Source of the DNA: an uncultured Candidatus Peribacteria bacterium
GTDB taxonomy: Bacteria > Patescibacteriota > Gracilibacteria > UBA4473
Length of the DNA: 64,000 bases
Direction: 5' to 3'
NCBI GenBank assembly: GCA_964344775.1
Contig: CAYFOO010000002.1
Span: 15-64,014 of the forward strand
This document shows, piece after piece, positions 60,301 to 64,000 of this stretch. Made by a program: the position numbers and the translations under genes. The notes under the pieces were generated by a model. The model made no database searches. It saw only the letters and a list, made by a program, of their open reading frames with translations, and had not been told where the DNA came from. Numbering within the stretch: position 1 is the first letter of the stretch; every line of letters starts with the position of its first letter.

Positions 60301-60545
60301 GTTAATTCACTGGGGATGAGTCGAATTTTTCCATCAAAAAAGAACTCGGCAGAAGGGAAAAGGTTGTCGGCTCTTTCTTCTGTGGAGGCCCAAAAAACAT
60401 TTCTGAAATCACTATTTTTTAAAGCCTGATCGATCAAAAAAGATTTTGCCGTAGAGTTTCCCAAATTTACTAAAGTTAAACTTTTCTTTTCTTTAAGAGC
60501 TTTGAGTTCGGCAGATAGATCAAGAGAAAAAGGAAGCTGAAACAT
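57387..60545 (-). CDS. mfd: transcription-repair coupling factor Mfd
   Basis: GDVGFGKTE, DEEQRFG, MTATPIPRT, plus a CarD-like segment (DFVIHLDHGVAKFEGI). ATG at 60545 preferred over 60617. Confidence 0.9.
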   Translation of the reverse strand: MFQLPFSLDLSAELKALKEKKSLTLVNLGNSTAKSFLIDQALKNSDFRNVFWASTEERADNLFPSAEFFFDGKIRLIPSELTFRDFYQLAENIKSEEQNLFLFEDLAHVLSQAIPSPAEIEAEKIKLAPKDSIKMFEFFGKLESIGYVSAEDEVLQPGEFLRKGENLFIFPLNENHCVRISLFGDEIESIEPFTQNTEEKVEKKKLKTLEVFPAQFENVSGNFLDLISGSEKSLFISDDLDEDICPNGNFFKLKFTTFPKESETFFHLNFFSVLPFYTIPDFTMEIKERFRREFKVVVATKKFDEIISIFKENEIMFTENPEEENPSTVQIIKLNKEDFVPHSFQNNDKKLLFLTDREIFQFARTSRQKKAVSGINLDLMTSLKSGDFVIHLDHGVAKFEGIVRRDLGEHFGTREYLKLCYAGNDKLFVPVESAEKITKFIGEEEPSPTKLGAADWKQSQSKLKKEAERIAKELLKLYASRELVKGKKFQPDDEMLEEFCASFPYELTPGQAQAWEEVRQDLERDRPMDRMVCGDVGFGKTEIAMRAAFKSFRSGVQSAILAPITILAEQHYQSFLKRIKDKKYGIEVRLLSRFQSPGEQKKILKDIELGLVDVVIGTHRLLSEDVKFKNLNLIVIDEEQRFGVQQKEKLKKLRTAANILTMTATPIPRTLNMSLNRLKDISTIATPPPGRLPVVTEVRKYNLNLIRERILLEVKRGGQVYFLHNQVQTIEAQTEQFRKLIPEVKFIVAHGQLSTSDLEERIKKFKNKEADVLVASTIIENGIDLPNANTLLVNRAEKFGLSQLYQLRGRVGRSRTQAYAFFLYHGQKLELEAKKRLRAIVEASELGSGFQIAMRDLEIRGAGEILGASQSGAMKNVGVSHFMRMLNKTVEEMKSGEISSEIEEEETITVEIPLSAYIPPSFIPNANEKIQVYKELASAENPKHLEEIRHDLLEDYGHLPVEVENLCKVIKLKMLLREANISGVRIHKTSHKSHEIVLRMGINFKPDQVFGLIKNSTKKWTITATAIKLAVEKLPVSWYEDLLKEVVLLKKV

Positions 60546-60677
60546 TTCGTTTTTAGTTTGGTGGTTTTTGCTTAGTAAAAAATAATGAATGCTATGGCAC
60601 AAAAACACCTTATTCAAAAGTAGAATTCATAATTTCTACCATCGAACAGATAGATTCCAAGTATTGCTACCTAGAAC

Positions 60678-60725
60678 GCAAAAATTCCCGTTTGACCTTA
60701 AGGGGGAGGGAGTCAAACGGGAATT
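60678..60725 (-). terminator. terminator after dnaN
   Basis: Minus strand: aattcccgtttgac-(15-nt loop)-gtcaaacgggaatt followed by tttttg. Confidence 0.7.
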
Positions 60726-60726
60726 C

Positions 60727-61830
60727 CTACATTTTAAGCGGCATGACCAGGTGGACAAAATCATTTGCTTTTTCTTTTTTGATGACCGCGGGAGTCATTT
60801 TCCCTTCAAGTTCAATTCTGACTTTCTTTTCACCCGGGATGGCACTGAGGATATCGAGTACATAGTCTGCATTGAGAGCAATAGTATTTGGTTCTCCTTC
60901 CAATTTCACTGAGACGGTATTTCTGCCTTCTCCAATCTGTGTTGAGTCTGTAGAAACTACGAGTGTATTATCACTTAGAACTTCCCATTTCATATGTTGA
61001 TTGTTTTCTTTGGCAAAAATAGAAACTCGTCGGACGGCCATGGCCAGATCTTCTCGATCTACTTCTACTAGGGTGGTGTGAGATTTTGGGATGATTTGTG
61101 TGTAGTCAGGGAATTGTCCCTCAATAAGGCGAGAAATAAGTTCGGTGCCATCCACAGAAAACATCACTTGGTTCTCTGCAATGGTGACTGAAATTTCTTT
61201 CCCTAGTGTTGCGAGACGATCCGCCTCAAAAACAGCTCTCACGGGAATAGCACAGGTTACTTCCTCTACAGCAGTTTTTAATTTGATTACTTTTTCGCTT
61301 AATCGGTAAGAATCTGTTGCGGCAACTTTCAGCTCAGATTTCTTCGCCGCAAAATAAACACCAGAAAGAATCGGTCGTGAAGAATTTTCTTGAGAAGCAA
61401 AAGCCACTTCGTGGACCATTTCTCGGAAATTTTCACTTGGGATGTCCAGTTTCACTCCACCTTTGACTTCAGCAATCTGTGGGAATTCATCTGGAGCAAT
61501 TCCTTTAATTTTGGTTTTTGAGCTTTTTGATTCTACTTGAAGCGTGGTACCATCTACTACATTCAGAGACACGTCTTCCTTCTTGTCCAAGAGGGAAGTG
61601 TAGGAAGTCAAAATTTTTGCAGGAACAGTAATAGCTCCTTCATTTTTTACCGTGGCCTCGGTCGAAGTAGAGATAGAGATCTCCAAATTGGTAGCGGAAA
61701 GGTAGAGCTTTTTCCCTTCTGCTTTTATCAAAATATTCCCCAGCACAGCTAGGGTGTTTTGGCTTGATACCGCCCGGGAAACAATTTTTAGACTTTCCAA
61801 AAGTGCCTCCTGAGAAATAACTACTTTCAT
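60727..61830 (-). CDS. dnaN: DNA polymerase III subunit beta
   Basis: 367 aa with three-domain clamp-like periodicity. ...NALNADYVLDIL..., C-terminal MPLKM. Confidence 0.85.
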   Translation of the reverse strand: MKVVISQEALLESLKIVSRAVSSQNTLAVLGNILIKAEGKKLYLSATNLEISISTSTEATVKNEGAITVPAKILTSYTSLLDKKEDVSLNVVDGTTLQVESKSSKTKIKGIAPDEFPQIAEVKGGVKLDIPSENFREMVHEVAFASQENSSRPILSGVYFAAKKSELKVAATDSYRLSEKVIKLKTAVEEVTCAIPVRAVFEADRLATLGKEISVTIAENQVMFSVDGTELISRLIEGQFPDYTQIIPKSHTTLVEVDREDLAMAVRRVSIFAKENNQHMKWEVLSDNTLVVSTDSTQIGEGRNTVSVKLEGEPNTIALNADYVLDILSAIPGEKKVRIELEGKMTPAVIKKEKANDFVHLVMPLKM

Positions 61831-61914
61831 AGGGCACTTAGGTTGCCTGAAAAAGGGATAAATGTCAAAAGATTTTTGGGATTTTTGCGGAGACTAACAA
61901 AGATTTGATAATGT

Positions 61915-62094
61915 TTAGCTCTGGCAGGGTGAAAATCAAGGGAGAAAGATATTCGCTAAAAAAGGCGATTTTCCCGAGGGCTCTCCCGATAAATCGGGAT
62001 CACCCTCGCTTGGCCGCCGAAACGTAGTGAAGGGGGGTGAATCGCCAAAAATTACTCCCGTGTTTTGGTGTTATTTGGGAGTTTTTTATTTTTT
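61915..62094. repeat. intergenic repeat family B, copy 2 (with nested insertion)
   Basis: Same ends and stem ggcgatt/aatcgcc as copy 1. The interior is expanded and contains the mini-palindrome tcccgataaatcggga (61984-61999). Its 3' part, actccc-N17-gggagt + tttttatttttt, is terminator-like. Confidence 0.7.
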
Positions 62095-62149
62095 AAAAAG
62101 GTGCGGGACCGTGAGCCGCAAAAAGGAACAGTTTGGAAATAAATGATTT

Positions 62150-62467
62150 TTAGTGATCTTTTGGTCGGGAGATGTTTTTCACAATTCGAATTTCGGTAAT
62201 TTTTTCTGGGAAATCATAAGTAGCAAAAATTTCTAGTAATTCATTGGTCCTGAGAAAAAGTTCTGAGCTAGCAGCGGCATTTTTACAGGCGATGGTGAGA
62301 ATGCCGTTTTCAAATTTTTGTGGGTTCCAAAGATCCGCAAATTGTCTGTAATTTTCCTTAAAAATATTTCGGATTCGTTCTCGGATGATAGAGGCGGTTA
62401 CCTGATCACCAAGTTTATATTTTTTTGCTGCTAGGAGGAGGAAGTTACCAGCTTTGTCGAAAGACAT
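62150..62467 (-). CDS. DUF721 (DciA-like) protein
   Basis: Small protein next to dnaN. ..WNPQKFENGILTIACKNAAASSELFLRTNELL.. matches the DUF721 pattern. Confidence 0.65.
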   Translation of the reverse strand: MSFDKAGNFLLLAAKKYKLGDQVTASIIRERIRNIFKENYRQFADLWNPQKFENGILTIACKNAAASSELFLRTNELLEIFATYDFPEKITEIRIVKNISRPKDH

Positions 62468-62534
62468 TTGAAAAACAAGATTACGAGACTACGAGATTAC
62501 AAGATAACGAGTTGGAATCAAGTGATTTTTAGGG

Positions 62535-62562
62535 ATAAAAAAAGAGAACCTTGCGGCCCTCT
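62535..62562 (-). terminator. terminator after tuf
   Basis: Minus strand: agagggcc-gcaa-ggttctct followed by ttttttt. Confidence 0.8.
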
Positions 62563-62598
62563 TTTTCATGAAAAAACAAAACAATTTCTTGTTTCGTA

Positions 62599-63795
62599 CT
62601 ATTTTAAGATCTTAGTAACCACTCCGGCACCTACGGTTCGTCCTCCTTCTCGAATAGCGAATCGAGTTTGTTCATTGAGTGCGATAGCTGCTCCGAGCGT
62701 TACTTTGAATTTTGCGTTATCACCAGGCATTACCATTTCTACTCCATCAGGAAGGATGATTTCTCCAGTCACATCTGTGGTTCGGATGAAAAATTGAGGT
62801 TTGTATCCTTTGAAAAAAGGTGTGTGTCGTCCTCCCTCTTCTTTTGTCAAAATATAAACTTCTGCTTCGAATTCTGTATGTGGAGTAATAGTCCCTGGTT
62901 TTGCGATTACTTGTCCTCGTTCAATATCTTCTCGTTCAATACCTCGGAGGAGGATACCTACGTTGTCTCCAGCTCGTCCTTCATCAAGCATCTTTTTGAA
63001 CATTTCTACACCAGTCACGGTTGTTTTTTGTGTGTCTCGAATTCCTACGATTTCTACTTCTTCTCCTACTTTTACGATTCCTGACTCTACACGTCCGGTA
63101 GCTACGGTTCCTCGTCCTTTGATAGAGAAAACATCCTCTACTGACATAAGCATATCTTTGTCTACTGGTCGTTCTGGTTCTGGGATTTCTGAGTCCAGAG
63201 CAGCCATGAGGTCCATGATTTTTGTTCCCCAATCTCCTGCTGGATCTTCGAGTGCCTTAAGTGCGGATCCTCGAATGATTTTTGCGTTGTCTCCGTCGTA
63301 TTCTCGTTTACTCAATTCTTCTCGAACCTCCATTTCTACGAGGTCGAGCATTTCTTCATCGTCCACCATGTCACATTTGTTCAAGAAAACGACAATATTA
63401 TCCACTCCCACTTGTCGAGCAAGAAGGATGTGTTCTTTTGTCTGAGGCATTGGTCCATCGGTAGCAGCTACTACGAGGATAGCTCCGTCCATTTGGGCGG
63501 CACCAGTAATCATGTTTTTTACGTAGTCAGCATGCCCAGGACAATCCACATGAGCGTAGTGTCGAGCTTCTGTTTCGTACTCTTGGTGTGAAGTTGCGAT
63601 CGTGATACCTCGAGCTTTTTCTTCCGGAGCGTTATCGATCTGATCGAATGCTACCGTTTTGTTAGCTGGGAGATCTCCCAATCGGTTTGCTAGGGTTGCC
63701 GTGATAGCGGCGGTGAGGGTGGTCTTTCCATGATCCACGTGACCAATAGTTCCCACGTTTACGTGTGGTTTGTTACGGACAAATGCGTCAGCCAT
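62599..63795 (-). CDS. tuf: elongation factor Tu
   Basis: [22 protein letters not shown]. The ATG at 63795 ([11 protein letters not shown]) lies downstream of the promoter; the ORF-track start at 63831 overlaps the -10 element. Confidence 0.95.
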   Translation of the reverse strand: MADAFVRNKPHVNVGTIGHVDHGKTTLTAAITATLANRLGDLPANKTVAFDQIDNAPEEKARGITIATSHQEYETEARHYAHVDCPGHADYVKNMITGAAQMDGAILVVAATDGPMPQTKEHILLARQVGVDNIVVFLNKCDMVDDEEMLDLVEMEVREELSKREYDGDNAKIIRGSALKALEDPAGDWGTKIMDLMAALDSEIPEPERPVDKDMLMSVEDVFSIKGRGTVATGRVESGIVKVGEEVEIVGIRDTQKTTVTGVEMFKKMLDEGRAGDNVGILLRGIEREDIERGQVIAKPGTITPHTEFEAEVYILTKEEGGRHTPFFKGYKPQFFIRTTDVTGEIILPDGVEMVMPGDNAKFKVTLGAAIALNEQTRFAIREGGRTVGAGVVTKILK

Positions 63796-63829
63796 TTTTT
63801 CTAAAGTTAAGAAATAGAAAAGCTGGGGC

Positions 63830-63857
63830 ATTGTAGAAAGGTGAAAGGGGATGTCAA
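63830..63857 (-). promoter_or_regulatory. promoter TTGACA-16-TACAAT for tuf
   Basis: rc reads ttgacatcccctttcacctttctacaat. Confidence 0.7.
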
Positions 63858-64000
63858 ATTTTTTTTTAGATAAGGAGGGAATCTATTGCACTCGCCCCTC
63901 TGTTCGCCGAAACCTTCTTGTTTTCTAAAATTTTAATGTGGGGGGAAGCGTAATTTGAAGACTACTCACTCTTTTTTTTAGCTACAATCTAGAGTCCGAA

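Noticed and set aside
61831-61915. A TTGACA box upstream of dnaN as a promoter
   Set aside because: No acceptable -10 hexamer lies 16-18 nt downstream (caacct), so I did not call it.

Overview
This is a 64 kb window from a low-GC bacterium with densely packed, mostly small genes. The content fits a reduced-genome monoderm-like lineage, probably Candidate Phyla Radiation (CPR)/Patescibacteria; this is an inference. It rests on a 23S-5S rRNA unit with its own promoter and no 16S, ADP-forming acetyl-CoA synthetase, FemAB, an SLH-domain (S-layer homology) protein, a TrbC/VirB2-like pilin, almost no Shine-Dalgarno motifs, and few biosynthetic genes.

Housekeeping genes:
- A ribosomal/RNA polymerase block on the minus strand: infA-rpmJ-rpsM-rpsK-rpsD-rpoA-rplQ-rplM-rpsI.
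- rpsF-rpsR, tuf, dnaN, a DUF721/DciA-like gene, mfd, recG, ruvC, dprA, smpB, nrdR, lepB, pepA, rnhA.
- Sugar and energy genes: tal, pgi, a pfkB-family kinase, ADP-forming ACS.
- tRNA-Asn and 23S+5S rRNA.

Accessory or unusual content:
1. A co-oriented operon at the left edge: two 504-aa paralogs of no recognisable family, a kinase-like protein, a radical SAM/SPASM maturase and a truncated ORF. An FkbO-type chorismatase lies divergent to it.
2. A roughly 6.5 kb surface-protein locus resembling Gram-positive WxL/DUF916 clusters, but with a LysM domain placed after the membrane anchor.
3. A four-way-junction structured element in 3 copies, with compensatory base changes. It sits next to duplicated 3' ends of recG and nrdR.
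4. A REP-associated tyrosine transposase (RAYT) that carries a GTAG...CTAC palindrome in frame.
5. A GIY-YIG gene bracketed by tRNA-Asn fragments.
6. Several nested intergenic repeat families.
7. A 128-nt expansion in 23S helix 25, and a duplicated or inverted 5S 3' end.

No CRISPR array was seen. All family assignments were made by eye from motifs; no database search was possible.
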